Assembly: GCA_951406725.2 (NCBI GenBank)
Contig: OX597823.1
Location: 66,154,001 to 66,218,000 of the forward strand
Reading direction: 5' to 3'
Source of the DNA: Octopus vulgaris
Lineage: Eukaryota
Length of the DNA: 64,000 nt
The notes beneath the pieces were generated by a model. It saw only the letters and a list, made by a program, of their open reading frames with translations, was not told where the DNA came from and did no database searches. The first letter of the stretch is position 1. Every line of letters begins with the position of its first letter. This document shows positions 41,111 to 54,900 of this stretch, piece by piece. The position numbers and the translations under genes are program-made.

Positions 41111-41847
41111 CGCGCATGCTATTTCTTTTGGGCCGTTGAGTAGTAAGTTCCAATGCACCTGCGTTTGATTTTCATAATTTCAGAAACTATAAACATGTAC
41201 CAGTAAAGGACGAGGGATGTGGGAAAGTACTAGAATGATCGATTGAATGCCTACCAGAAACTGTTCTCACTCTTTCTATCTGAGTTCACATCCTGTTAAT
41301 CACCAAGAAACTATAACATGTCCGTCAGTATTTGCAATTTTTTGAAAGTATCGACAATTTCAAAAAACAAAGGAACAATGCTTTCTTCGGTTCGATAGAA
41401 AAGAAAATACCATGTCCAGCACTATCGTATAGGTATGAAGCACAGCAAACTATGGCAAAGGTCAGACTTATTAAGCCTTATGTTGGATCTCTGATAGGAA
41501 AATATATTCTTAGGTGAAACAACCTATTTTCAACATTTAGACAGCCCAACGAGGGACATGAAGTGAACCACTCGATAGTAATCTTGAAGCTTAACGACCA
41601 CAACTTCAGCTACAAACTTTCTTAGCCCAAATCCTTTATCAACGGGTCAAAAATGGTGTTCCATATGTCCATTTCGAAAACTACGTCTTTTAAAAACGTA
41701 AGGGCTTCCAGAGACAATGTTTCATTATATCAGCATAACATTCTTACATGGAATTTAAGGATACACTACAGTATTCCTGATAAAGCTCTTCTCATGTTGG
41801 TTTCTGTGTAGTGTTTGGATGTATATGTATAAATGCATTTACATACG

Positions 41848-41879
<32 letters not shown>

Positions 41880-41980
41880 TACATACATATATATGTGTGT
41901 GTGTGCGTGTGTAGATAGAGAGATGTTGATATAAATCGATATATGTATGTATATATATATGTGTGTGCGTATGTGTGTGC

Positions 41981-42013
<33 letters not shown>

Positions 42014-42092
42014 CTCTCATGCACACGCACATACACACATGTGTGTGCACGTATTTATTCATCAATATATCCCCCTGTCTTTGCATACATAC

Positions 42093-42290
42093 ATGGCGGG
42101 CGTGATGAAATGTTCCTGGATTTAAGGGTGTCGCGAAAAGTCTGGCTGGAGACCCAACCTTCCGATTTCTTTTACAGAGTTTAGGAAAACTGAATGACCG
42201 ACGCAATAAGTGTGTGAATCTGAGAGGGGAATATGTTGAATAAAATCATTAACTGATCCTTCTGTATTTTCTTTCCAGCACTCATTCGTA
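42093..42290 (+). mobile_element. Short mariner deletion derivative
   Basis: Transposase C-terminus RNKCVNLRGEYVE* with degenerate TIR-like ends. Confidence 0.65.
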
Positions 42291-42907
42291 TATGCGTGTT
42301 TGTGTGTGTGTGTGTTTGTGTGTATGCGAGCGCGCGCGTGGATGTATACATGTATGTATGTATTATGTACAAATAGAGAGAGCGACAGAGACAGTTGTGG
42401 TACGTACTCATTACGATGTATAAAGTGATAAATTGGCAGGTATAGTGCAGTCCTTGTCATTTCATTGCTGGTTTTTTTCAACGTTTTAAGATATCTTAAT
42501 GAAATGAAGTCATATATTTGTATTTCCAAATTAGAATCAATCGATTATATACATCCCTTACAAATATACAGTCTTGCGGCAATCTTAAGGCAGGTTCCCA
42601 ATGTCACTTGACGTGTAGAAGTTGTAATGCAATTGTGAAGACATGCAAAAAAATTTATTGCATTACGTTGGACGGCATTGCGTTTTAAACCCTGCAGTAC
42701 TTGGTATCCTTTTATTTCACATTGGACGACAAATTATAACATTTTGTCCATGTTAGTTTAACCGGCTATAATTCTTTTGCACAAATTCTTGGCTTTAGAC
42801 GGATATGTGCAATCAATATTATCATTTGTACAAAATATATATTTGATTTTTTAATTTATTGTAAATTTAACAAAATTCTATTATTTCACATGTGATTATA
42901 TCGCGCA

Positions 42908-42993
42908 GCGGAGGGGCAATGGCCCAGTGGTTAGGGCAGCGGACTCGCTATCATAGGATCGCAGTTTCAATTCCCACACCAGGCATTGTGAAT
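42908..42993 (+). mobile_element. SINE family 3 head (duplicated with its flank)
   Basis: tggcccagtggttagggcagcgg..gtttcaattccc. Confidence 0.8.
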
Positions 42994-43580
42994 GGGGTCT
43001 GAGTGTAGTATTGTGGAAAGAATGCTCAAAGAGCACATTGTATTTTGTTATCTCTATTGAAGTCACTACTTGATGGGTATTTCGTCTAATGAAAAAATGA
43101 AGTCTAGTAATTTTACTGTGTATATTTTTCATTATATCCGTGTAGAATAAATGTAGGTTGTTGACTTAGATGTCGATGACAAGAAAAGTCAATAGAAAAG
43201 AAATCATTACAAATCCGAGATTAGATTTTTCCGAAAAATAAAAACGATATTCAAGAAAGGATTATGCATATAAGCTGTCAAATAACAAACATTAAACTGG
43301 TATTGGAATAAAAATAATGCCAAATAATTATAGCATTTACAAGACTTATCTAACAAATAGAAAATAAATATGAAGTCAGGTTGAAAACTATGCAATATAT
43401 GTAGTCATTTTGTTTTGTAGCAATAAAAATTCTTATCTGCTAACTAGCAGTGGAATAATTATAGACAATATCTGCAACCCATTTGAAAATGCGGTCATCT
43501 GTACAAAATATATATTTGATTTTTTAATTTATTGTAAATTTAACAAAATTCTATTATTTCACATGTGATTATATTGCGCA

Positions 43581-43907
43581 GTGGAGGCGCAATGGCCCAG
43601 TGGTTAGGGCAGCGGTCTCGCGGTCATAAGATCGCAGTTTCGATTCCCACACCGGGCGTTTTGAATGTTTATTGAGCGAAAACACCTAAAGCTTCACGAA
43701 GCTCCGACAAGTGGTGATAGTGAACTCTCCCGTATTTTTTCACCGCAACTTTCTCTCACTCTTTCTGTTGTGCCTGTATTTCAAAGGGCCAGCCTTGTCA
43801 CACTCTGTGTGACGCTTAATCTCCCCGAGAAGTACGTTAAGAGTACACATATCTGTAGAATGCTCATCTACTTGCACGTTAATTTAATGAGCAGGCTGTT
43901 CCGTTGA
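43581..43907 (+). mobile_element. tRNA-derived SINE family 3
   Basis: A-box tggcccagtgg, B-box gtttcgattccc, cloverleaf-like head followed by a non-tRNA body. Confidence 0.85.
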
Positions 43908-43958
43908 TAAGAACAGTAAAATTGTGGGTGCAATCAACGATACTTTATTTTTAACTGA

Positions 43959-44135
43959 GGCGACGGGCTAACAGAGTCGTTGCCTCGCTCGGCAAAAGCT
44001 CTAGCGGCATTTCGTCCGCCATTAAATTCTGAGTTCAAATTCTGCCGAGATCGACTTTGTCTTTCATTTTTTCCGAGATTGATAAAATATGTACAGGTTG
44101 AGCACTGGGGTCGATGTAATCAAATTTACCCCACC
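43959..44135 (+). mobile_element. SINE family 1
   Basis: gagttcaaattc, cactggggtcgatgtaatc. Confidence 0.8.
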
Positions 44136-45194
44136 CCTACCTCACACTATTTTATTTACATCTACACAGTACGTTTCCCTTCAGATTATTTTCAACTGCA
44201 CCATCAATAATCAAAGGGCTTTGAAAAAGACAGTAAAAGCCTGTAATAAAGTTAATAGTCTCTATACCTCAACTTAAACATTTATGCATGTTTGTCTTCA
44301 AAACACTGTTCATATTTGCTGTGAGGAAGCTGGTGCGCGGAGGAAATTGTACAAAATCCAACTAAAATCATTGCGTCTTTTCACTCGAATCACACTGCTA
44401 TTACTTTATACATCGCTAATGCATGGTATGTGAAGTTCAGAAGTGAGATGTTATAACTAAAAATGGCTCTGACGAAAGTAGCATGAATTTTATAAGGTCG
44501 TTCAATTTGTCTCACTTGATCAATAGACCAGTTGAGTAAACATCTTCGTAATGTACCTATAATGACTACTGGAAGAGCTGTAAGCCAAATTTGCTCTAAT
44601 AAAGGAATATGTAATGACCATTATTTTAAACCTGTTTCTAATTTATCACTCTGTATAAAAAACATCTACGGATTTATAGTATAAAATAGTGATGGACCAT
44701 AACTTTGGACCCTCCCAGAAGATTACCTGAAGTTCTGTACTAATCTAAGTAATACTGTTAGCCTAGTGTGCCAACAGAGAGTTTGTATATAACTAGTTTG
44801 TATACGTAACACGCTCTTGATAGAATGATTGATTAATAAATTACAGGAAAGATAATGTAGATTAGTTTTGAAGCTGTACTGTGTTACTGAATATTTGCGT
44901 AGATTACAAAAATGTAGAAGAAATATACCGAGGTTAATAGTATTAAATTAAAATTTTGTATACCAATCACATCTGTAAAGTATTTAAATAATCTCTAGTA
45001 AAGTATTAAGATTTAACAAATCTGAAATTTGAAATTGGCTTGAGATCCAATTAAGACAATATTCTATTCATTCCTCCTCTCTCTCCCCCTCTCTCTCCCC
45101 CTCTCTCTCCCTCTGTCATCCAGAGTGCTAAAGATTCTGCCAGCTCGCCACTTTTAGCCTGTTTATAATAGAATTGTTTATTATAATCATTTCT

Positions 45195-45609
45195 ACTGGA
45201 AGCACAAGTCCTCAAATTTGGGAAAATGGATTAAGCAGGTTACATCGACCCCAGTGCATAGCGGGTACTTATTTAATCGACTCCCAAAGATGGAAAGGCA
45301 GAGTGGATCTCGGTGGAATTTGAACTCAGAACGTAACGGCAGACGAAATAACGCGAAGCATTTCGCCCGGCATGCTAACGTTTCTTTATTGCCCACAAAG
45401 AACTAAACATAGAGGGGACAAACAAGGAAAGACAAACGTATTAAGTCGATTACATCAACCCCAGTGCGTAAATGGTACTTAATCTATCGACCCTGAAATG
45501 ATGAAAGGCAAAGTCGACCTCGGCGGAATTTGAACTCAGAACGTAATGGTAGACGAAATACGGCTACGCATTTCGCCCAGCGTGCTAACGTTTCTGCCAG
45601 CTCGCCGCC
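45195..45609 (-). mobile_element. Two tandem SINE family 1 copies
   Basis: Two successive copies joined at ~45383. Confidence 0.88.
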
Positions 45610-46867
45610 TTGTCATAATGATTACGAGTTATTTACGTTACATATTACGCACCAATGCAAAGTAGATCCAGTTAGACTATACATATTACTGACAACTATT
45701 TTTTTCTGTTGTTGAATTGTATATCATACTCTCGATAAGGGAAACGAATTTCGTCTTTCAGAAGAAAAATCAGATATTTGCCTCATTGTTGCGACTGTTT
45801 TCATGTGCAATCAGCATAACAATTGCTGTATTCTGATGAAAAATATTCCTTACTCTGTGATTGTACAAAAAGCATCAGATATAACGAATATTTTACAAAA
45901 CATCCATTCTTGTAACGATGGATGATTTAGCAAATCTGTATTGAAAAGCAATTGGTGCAATAATGTATTTTTTCACTTTGGCATGTTTCCCGCTTCGGAA
46001 TCAGAATAATCTATTCAAATTCTGAATCATTCTATCGGATATATACATCACATTCAGAATAACGTTTACAGAGTATGCACCCGACTTCATTCTTAAACGG
46101 GTTATGCAGTCAAGAAGGTAAGATGCTGAAGATAATGTGCGTTGCGAGAGATATTTAGATTATATTGCAATGAGAAACAACATGATAATAATTCCTTCTT
46201 TGCCTGAGTAAACGAAAATTTTTGCTTTGCATAAAAGCCTGAAAAACACTAAATCAAATAAGTGTTTATACAAATGGTGAAACAACCAAATAACAATATG
46301 TAGGGTTTAATAGCCAATATCCTTTTGTAACAATAAAATAAAAAATTTTAAAAATATCTGCACAAATTGTAAATATTTCCAGATTGTTTCTCGATAACGA
46401 CAAATATTCAAATTTATCAGAAAACAATTTATGAATATTGCATACATTTCACAAATTCTCATGTCTTGACGACAACATTGGCTTTCAGTGAACTGTGTCG
46501 AAATCCTGGAAAAAATGGAAATGCATTTCATTATGCACATTTTCTGTTTCGTGTGGCTGATCACTTATAACGTTATTCAAAGAAACAATTGCACACATAC
46601 ACGATAGCAAGTCGCTGAATCCTTTCAGTGTTACTGCTGAATTGACAAGCAGGTCGTAAGGAAGATAAATTTCTTAAAATTATGTTTACACCATTAAAGA
46701 CGCAGAATGCAATCACACATAGGGCAAAATTGAAACATAAATCATTCAACATTTTGATCTATCTCATTGTTATATGCACAGGTAACCCCAGTCGGTTTTA
46801 ACCATTATTTCGAATCTTACTTAGTGAACTGTGAACTCTCTGTAACTTCACGTGCATTTAGTACAAA

Positions 46868-46995
46868 TTGGCAGAGTCGTTAGAGCATCGAATGTAATGT
46901 ATAATGGTTTTAATTCCGGTAGTCTACTCTCTGAGTTCAAATCCCGCCGAGGTCACCCCTCGTTTTCATAGTTTTTATAAGTGAAGCACCAGTCA
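46868..46995 (+). mobile_element. SINE family 1 (diverged)
   Basis: tggcagagtcgttag, gagttcaaatcccgccgaggtc. Confidence 0.7.
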
Positions 46996-48244
46996 ATAAT
47001 ATTTGAATTAAGAAGGAAATATAGGTAATTATCACCCTGAAGCTACATACGGAATCTTTTATCACATGCCAAAGTGAACGAACGTGTTACAAGTAGTGAC
47101 TAAATATATTTTAAATCAAATGCCGCTATTTTACAAAATAAACAGACTTTGTATAATATAGCTATTGTATAAAAAATATCGGGATGATCATAAATCAAAG
47201 AAACCGTTAGAGCTGATACTAGTCGAAAAATAAATTTAATTAGGCATAATGTAAAATTCTTTGTAAGTGTGATTAATGGATTAAATAGGAATATTGTATC
47301 ACTAGATCGTATGCCACTTAACTTGGAGTCATTTCGAATTAAAACATAGAGAGAGAAGTGTATAAATCATTCAGATAAAACTAACGTATTAATATCCAAA
47401 TAACAACTATTTAACTGGGCACTTTTATATTTCTTTTATATATAATTCACTGCGAATATAGTAATAGATTACAAAACCAATGCATAAAGAAATTGTTAGA
47501 TTAAAAAAAAATCAATGTGATGGAAATGTATAAAACGATCTGCGCCATAGAGTATTTTTGCAGATATTAAATGGGGTTACGCGGTAAATGTGTATTTGTG
47601 TTTGATCGCTGAAATATAATAGAGTTACTTAATTGTTAATAGCCTCTGCTGGAAAGCAAGATCTACTGAAATGAATATTCAATCCATCATTTATTTACTC
47701 ACAATACACTATTAGAAACCCGGCTTCACTAACATCAATAGGAGACTAAATTGATCAGTCTGATATATTTTAAGAGTGATTACTTTTCATTGGTCCATAA
47801 TATGTCTATTATTGTCTTGTCTATATTTCAATAAAATCTTCACGGTTCATGCCGACTGCAGCATTTGTATTCAAACATCTGATTACTGCTTCAGACACAC
47901 TGAATCTTTAAATCGAAATATAGCTTCAATACAAGAGATATCAACAGATACGTCCAACCGAGTTATCCAATGATATTATTTATTGGATAGAAATTATTGA
48001 TGGACTGAAAGCATCTGGAAATTCTGTTGCGATTACATTCAATCCAGAAAATTAAATGTTGGTCAATGAAGTTTATTTAAAGATGCTATCTAAACTTTCG
48101 CAATATCAGAATGTAAAAGTTTGACATGCTCAGAAGTTCATCAATTTTCTAACCGGTCCTAATTTATATTTTCAAAACAGCGACTGGATTAAAAGTAATC
48201 TTTCTATCTTGTGCCGTTGAAATAAGTTCTGTTCTTAATATTCT

Positions 48245-48920
48245 TTTCCACTATAGGCATTAGACCAGAAACTTTGAAATAGGTTGCTAATCAATTTCAT
48301 CGACATCAGTGCTGACCTGGTATGTATTTAATCGACCCCGATAAGGTTAAAAGCAAACTCAATCACCACAAAATTTGAAATCAGTATGTAAAGACGTAAG
48401 AAATGACGCTAAGCATTTTATCCGGTGCGGTAACGATTACGACAGCTCACCTCCTTAAATGCCGGTTTCAAATTTTGGCCAAGCCTAGCAAATTGGGAGA
48501 CGCAGTAAGTTGATTACATCGAGGCCAACGTCCACCGGATACATGTTTTTTTATTGACTCCGAAAAAATGAAAGCAATGATCTATTGTAATTCGACCTCG
48601 AAGGAATTTGAACACAGACCCTAAGGACGGACGAAATGCAGCTAAGTATTTTGTCCGGTGAGGTAATGATTCTGCTAGTTCACCGCCTTAAATACTGTTC
48701 TTAACATTAAAGATGTATTTAAGGCAGCGAACTGGAAGAATATTTAGTGCGTGGGGAAAATTCCTAGCAGCATTTTGCCCGTCTATACGATCTGAATTCA
48801 AATTCCTCCGGGGTTGAGTTGCCTTTCATGCTTTCGGTATCGGTAAATTAATTACAGGTCCAGTCGATGTAATAGACTTATCCACTCACTCGAAATTGCT
48901 GCTCTTGTGTCAAAATTTTA
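48245..48920. mobile_element. Cluster of three SINE family 1 copies (-,-,+)
   Basis: Copies at ~48245-48455, 48465-48688 and 48722-48920. Confidence 0.8.
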
Positions 48921-49916
48921 AAAGAATATTAAAGGCGTATATTACTGCTTTCTTTGGCGGAAATGCTGCCAGACATGATTTCATAGCAGACAAGCTGCAA
49001 TACTCGTTATGGTTTTGGAACATTACTTTGTAATCTGCCTTGAAACGATGATCAAGGTTTTTGAGAAACTCTACCATATTAATGAAAGATAAGTTAATGA
49101 AATTGTAATATTGCGTTAAGCTTTGACCATACAAAACGATATTTTATTTCTAAGAATATAGCTGTACATTTACCACTCTTTTCTTGGTTCATGATCCTGA
49201 TACCTTCCCAACTGAACAGCAGCCAGTTGTCATCATTCCGTAAATCAATAAACATCGCATATCATAAGATACGTATTAACAAAGTATCTGTAAGTTACAT
49301 CAATTTTATATTTCAGGTGTAACGCTTAACGTATAAGAATACTGACAGTAGAAATGTGAGTGATGTGTATCTTGTCATAAGCATTGCATTAAGTCATTAC
49401 CGAGGGCTGTAAATATCACCAATTCAGTCCACCTATGAAACAATTAGCAATTGCATAAAGTGACCGATAAAGGTAATATGAATGTGCGTTTCATCGATCA
49501 TGGTCTTGCCTTAATATCAATTAAGAGAGAAGATAGGTTACACTTCTGTAAACTGTTTCACAGCATACATATATAAATGCCAGCTCACAATATTGCATGC
49601 GCATGTTCTATGTGGGGATGTATGTCATTTCGATGCAGAAACCTTGAAATCTGCATTACTTCCTCTATTGCATAGTAATTGATGAAGTTAGCTATTCGGA
49701 GTAGAAGCCCTTCCAAACCAACAATTGCTTTTCACAGCTGCATGTCGCCCCCGTGTTTTCATTAAAATGAGATTAGATTTCAACTCGGAACATAGTCCGA
49801 TACGGTAACAATCAATCACCTACAGTAAAAATTTGAAATGAAGAGAAGTGGAGCAGTCTCACTCGACAATCGAGCCGACGCTCTACAAATTTGAAGGTGG
49901 TATGTATGTATGTATG

Positions 49917-50125
49917 CCGGAGTAAGCACATAAATGTGAAACAAGGTGGAAAAAAGAGTACTCAAATACCAGAGGTAGAGTAATATGCTTTATTTAAAAG
50001 CAGCAGAAATATAACAAAAGCTGTTACTCAGAGTCTCACGTTCCCGTTAACAAAACTGTCCGACGAACGGGAACGTGAAACTCTGAGTAACAGATGTTGT
50101 TATATTTCTGCTGCAGTTAGATAAA

Positions 50126-50127
<2 letters not shown>
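49917..50127. mobile_element. Short fold-back hammerhead element, homolog of 34095-34203
   Basis: Arms 50010-50048 and 50066-50126; lies between (TATG)n and (TA)n. Confidence 0.8.
50056..50093 (+). ncRNA. Compact type I hammerhead (CCGACGA core)
   Basis: ctgt-CCGACGA-acg(GGAA)cgt-GAAA-ctc(t)gag-TA-acag; all three stems pair; predicted cleavage after A50089. Confidence 0.82.
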
Positions 50128-50166
<39 letters not shown>

Positions 50167-50920
50167 TATGCCTATGTACGTCTGTTTGTGTGCACTGTTA
50201 TTTCTTTATTACCCACAAGGGGCCAACGAAGAATGGGACAATACATCATGATTTGGGGTCATGAGACACAAATGGTATTTACAGAAAAAATGAACTTTTT
50301 TTTTTTTTAAATTACACAAAAATCGGGTAAATCGAATGATACACAACAACAACACAACATAGAGAGAACACATGAAGTGGGAACACCAGGATTGCCGACC
50401 CCACGAGCCCTGCTATTCCCACTGAAACTCGGCAGCCAGTTTGTGTGCACTGTAGGTTAGTGTATGGTTAGAATTTACTTTAAAATAACTCTATCTCCTC
50501 AACTGCCCCTCCATATAATTTGTGCGAAGCCAATGCCTAGAACAAATTTTAAATAAGAAAAAAGAAATGTTATGACATGGCCAAATGTATTATAAAAAGA
50601 AACAAATATAAAATAAATGCTAATATGCTATTAGAGAATCAATTGAACTAACCGAAATCTGCTTTAGCAAAGGGGAAAAAAAAAAGAAATGTTTAAACTA
50701 CCGCAGCCACCTATTTCTTTTGGAAAAAATCTACAATAGTTAGTATAGCCGTCATTGGTGTAAGCATTTCATTATAACTTTCTGCATCTATATGAATGCC
50801 TACATATTCACATTTATACAGCTCCACACATAAGCGTATTAAATACACTATACTTTATAAGTACCATTAGTTTTAAAGAATGTACATGTGTGTGAATGTG
50901 TACATATATTGAAATACGTT

Positions 50921-50971
<51 letters not shown>

Positions 50972-51299
50972 GTATTATATCTATGTATCTGGGACCGCTG
51001 CTATGTATATCCTTATGTATTTTGTTACTGTTATTAACTATGATATTCCAATCTACTTTCTTAAAAGCTTTTATTGATTTTTGATAGGGAAAATATATTA
51101 GATAGGGAGAAAAATATAATCAATATAAAGTGTATAAACCATAAAAGTATATCATAGCTAGTCATGATGCCGTGGTGGTAATGATGATCTGTTATGGGTT
51201 AATAATAAATCAATAATATTGATATAAGTTAAGTGATAGGAATATTTGCAGCTCATAATTTCCAAGTCGATCGTTATACCAGCAAATCTCGTCGCAAAG

Positions 51300-51455
51300 T
51301 AGGAAATAATTAACTGGCACTTTAGTTATTGATTTCAAAGCGATAAAAGATATGGTTGACCCCCAGGTGAAAATTGAACTCCAAACGCAGATAGACGGGA
51401 TAAATAGCAACAAGCATCGTAAGCGATGTTCTAGTAACTCTGCCAAATCAGCCAC
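51300..51455 (-). mobile_element. SINE family 1 (diverged)
   Basis: Degenerate head and B-box on the minus strand. Confidence 0.6.
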
Positions 51456-51544
51456 TTAGATACTTCTAGCTAACAGCGATTATCGTGTTCGAATTTAATC
51501 AAGTTACGGAAAGTTTACACTTAACCAAGGCCGTGTAAGCTTTT

Positions 51545-51880
51545 GTTTTCCTCTCTAGTTTCAGCTCAGAGCTGCAGCCACGCTGATGCACCGCCGTTTT
51601 GCTACACAATTGTTACTGAGAGCCAACTCTAATATGTGGCACTTGGTGAAGAATGTAGTTTGATGTAGCTACCCTCATTTGCACCTCTTGCCGCGAGGTA
51701 GGTTCATTTGGAACTCTCGACAGGAAGAGGTCCAGCTTTGATCTAAAAGCCCCTACATCTACTTTGTGCAGGTTCCTCAGGCTCTTTGGGAGAATATTAA
51801 AAAGCTGTGGGCCCCTGAAACCCAGGCTGTTGCAATAACTGGTCCTGAAGCGCGATGGGGTTGCTGGGTTCTTTGGCACT
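51545..51880 (-). mobile_element. 3' end of a CR1/L2-like LINE
   Basis: NSLGFRGPQLFNILPKSLRN..FRSKLDLFLSRVPNEP plus a 3' tail; clade assignment tentative. Confidence 0.75.
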
Positions 51881-51924
51881 ATAATTTAATTATGTTCGTG
51901 TTAAGCTTATGCATGTAGCAATGA

Positions 51925-54900
51925 AATACTTTATATTTGCTAAGTTTTTGGTAGGTCTTGACAGATACGTTTATATCGATTGGGACAGTCATATCAATGA
52001 GGAGGCATGTTCTTTGTCTGAAGTCTTTCAATATGATGTCTGGCCTATTTGCATCTATCCTTCTGTCAATTTGAATGGTGAAGTTCCAGAGGAGTGAGAT
52101 GTGGTCATTTTCAAGCACTGGAGGTGGATTGTGTTCCCACCAGTTTTTTTTCATGGGGCAAATTCAGGTTTTTGCAAATTACCCAGTGAATATATTGTGC
52201 AGCTCTATCATGCCTGTTGAGGTACTCTGTAGTCGCTAGAAGACTGCATTTGGAGACAACATGATCAATGGTTTCATTTTGTTGTCGGCATACACGACAT
52301 GTTGGGCTACTACCGTTCTTTAATATGTTGGCCTGGTAGTTTCTCGTTGGTAGGCCTTGATCTTGAGCTGCTATGATAAACTCCTCTGTTTCAGATTTTA
52401 AGCCAGATGCCATTAGCCATTGATGGGTCAGGGCTTTGTCAATATCTGCATTATTCGCTCTCTTTGGGTATTTGCCATAGAGAGGTTTTCTTGCCATTTA
52501 TTATTCAGAATATCTAAGGCCGCAGTTTTGGCACGGGTTTTCATGCGCCTAGCTTTTTCTGTGCTTGTTTCTTGTATGTCTATCTCTAATTCCGAAATTG
52601 GTTGTATTCGGAATTCACTTAGATATTCCTTTGCCTGTTTTGTTACTGAGTATGATGCTTTCTTGTTTTCATGTTTTGAGACAAGTTTTAACATCCAGTC
52701 CTCAGACTTATTCAGGTAGGTGTCTAGGCCACTTGTAGCAATTTTCATTGTCATTGCCAGTTGCAAAAGACCACGGCCTCCTCTTTTCTTGGCAGATAAA
52801 GTCGTTCTGTATCTGCCTTAGGGTGGTGCATTCTATGCATTGTCAACAGTTTTCTTATTTTTCTGTCGAGCTGACATATTTCAGTAATTGACCAGTTAAC
52901 AGTATTGAAACTGTAAGTCACGACTGGTATGGCTAATGCATTGATCGCTTCGATCCTGTTTCTTGCATTCAGCTCTGTCTTGAGTATTGCGTTCACTCTT
53001 CGATAGCATTCTCTCCTGATCATTTCCATCATCTCTGAATGCCTTATTCCGTTCCCTTCAATTACCCCTAGGTACTTGTAGCTCTCCGCTGGGTCTAGTT
53101 CTTTTATGACATTCTGCTGGTCAAGGTTAACGTTACATGTTTCTGTCATTTTTCCTTTGATAAAGGTAGCTTTTGCACATTTATCGAGGCCGAATTGCAT
53201 TCTGATGTCGTCACTGAATTGTTTGACTATCGCTAGTAAGCCCTTGAGTTGTTGGTCATTTTTTACAAAGAGCTTTAAATCATTCATGTAAATGAGATGA
53301 TTTATATTTTTATCAAACATTTTATACCCGTACTGCGCGTCATTGAGCAGTTTTGAGTGAGGTATTAAGGCAAAACAAAAGAGGAGTGGTGACAGTGAGT
53401 CACCCTGGAAAATGCCACACGAAATTTTTACATCACCAGCATTTAGGATTCATTGTCACTGTTCAGAGTTAGTGTGGTTCTCCATGATCTCATACTTACA
53501 GTCAAAAAGTTTCGCAGAGTAGGTACTATCTTATACATTTCTAGGCATTTCCTAATCCAGCTATGTGGTAGGCTATCAAAAGCCTTTTTATAGTCTATCC
53601 AGGCTATTGATAAGTTTATGTGTCGTTTGTGACAATCTTCTAAGATCATCTTATTGATGAGTAGTTGATCTTTACAGCCGTAGAATCCACGTTTACATCC
53701 TTTCTGTTCATTAGGGAATATGCTGCTGTCTGTTAAAAACTATAAGTATATTCCGTCAGGACAGATTTTAGCGTTTTATACATAGTTGTTAAGCAGGCTA
53801 TGGGTCTATAGTTTTTTGGTTCATTTGTTTCTTTACTTTTTGGAAGCAGGAATGTTAACCCATTAACTAGCCAAGGAGGCATCCTACTAGGGTGTTGCAA
53901 AACATCATTGTACAGTTCTGTTAGCAGTTCATGGCTCTCTGGGAAGGCATTCAGCCAGAAGTTAGGAATTTTATCCTTTCCTGGAGACTTCCATTTGCTT
54001 GACCTCCTGAGAGCAGATCTTATATCTTCTACCTTGACACCCTCCCACTTTTGCTCTTCTAAGGGGTCCAGTTCTGTCGATATTCTGTCAATCCAGGGGG
54101 CCTTTTCGTTGTGTGTTTTTTCTTCAGCACAAATTTTATTCCAAAATCCCTGCACTTCTTCTTTTGATGGTACAGACCTTGCAGTAAACGCTGTTTTTCC
54201 TATCTTCCTGTAAAAATTCTTGGGGTTATTTTTAAACATGTTGTTGTCCTTGAAAAATCTAACACGCTTTTCATACCTCGCTATGCGGGCAGCTTTGGCA
54301 GATACCTTTTGTTTGATGGTTTCTATGGTTGCATCAATATCAAGTATAGTTTTCATATTGTATTTTTTCAGCATTTTTTGGGTTTTTGTAGGTTTGGTAG
54401 TCTTCTGAGCCTTAAGGTTTTTCAAATATTCAATGTCAGATCTAAATAGTTTAATTTGTTGTTGCAGACGCTCTTGCCAAGAAGGCTTTTTGTGGGAATG
54501 TTGCCGTTTTCTAATCTTTACACCACATAGTATCGTTGAGATTTTCGCGGATGCATAGTATAGGTGGTTGAGAGTTGTGATATCAACATCATTAGCTGAA
54601 ATTATATCCCTAAGTGCAAGCCGGATTTTACCAATTATTTTCATGTTTTGGTTAGAGTTGCGGATTTTAGGGAGTGTATCACGTTCATCCATGCTGGTTT
54701 CTTTAATTTTCAACCATTCAATCATGATTTGATTTTTAGCTCATGTAGTTCTGTTGGGTCAATATTTGTGTGACTTTCTTTATCTATTTGATGTTCATCT
54801 GTCTTCGTGTTTATGATTGGTTCAGGGAGTATTTCACTTTGCCTATCACTTATACTAACTCTTTCAATCCTTACTTCGTTTTTATCAGTCCTGGGCTGGT

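Larger units (their letters stand above)
44300..47150 (+). other. Ancient inverted duplication, copy 1 (unknown origin)
   Basis: Colinear diverged match to the reverse complement of ~56150-58900; interrupted by SINEs. Confidence 0.75.

Noticed and set aside
43581-43660. Functional tRNA gene
   Set aside because: Continues into a SINE body, imperfect stems, no terminator; the same applies to other SINE heads
45900-45945. ILVTMDDL as an RT or Walker B motif
   Set aside because: The same frame has stops shared by both paralogs on either side
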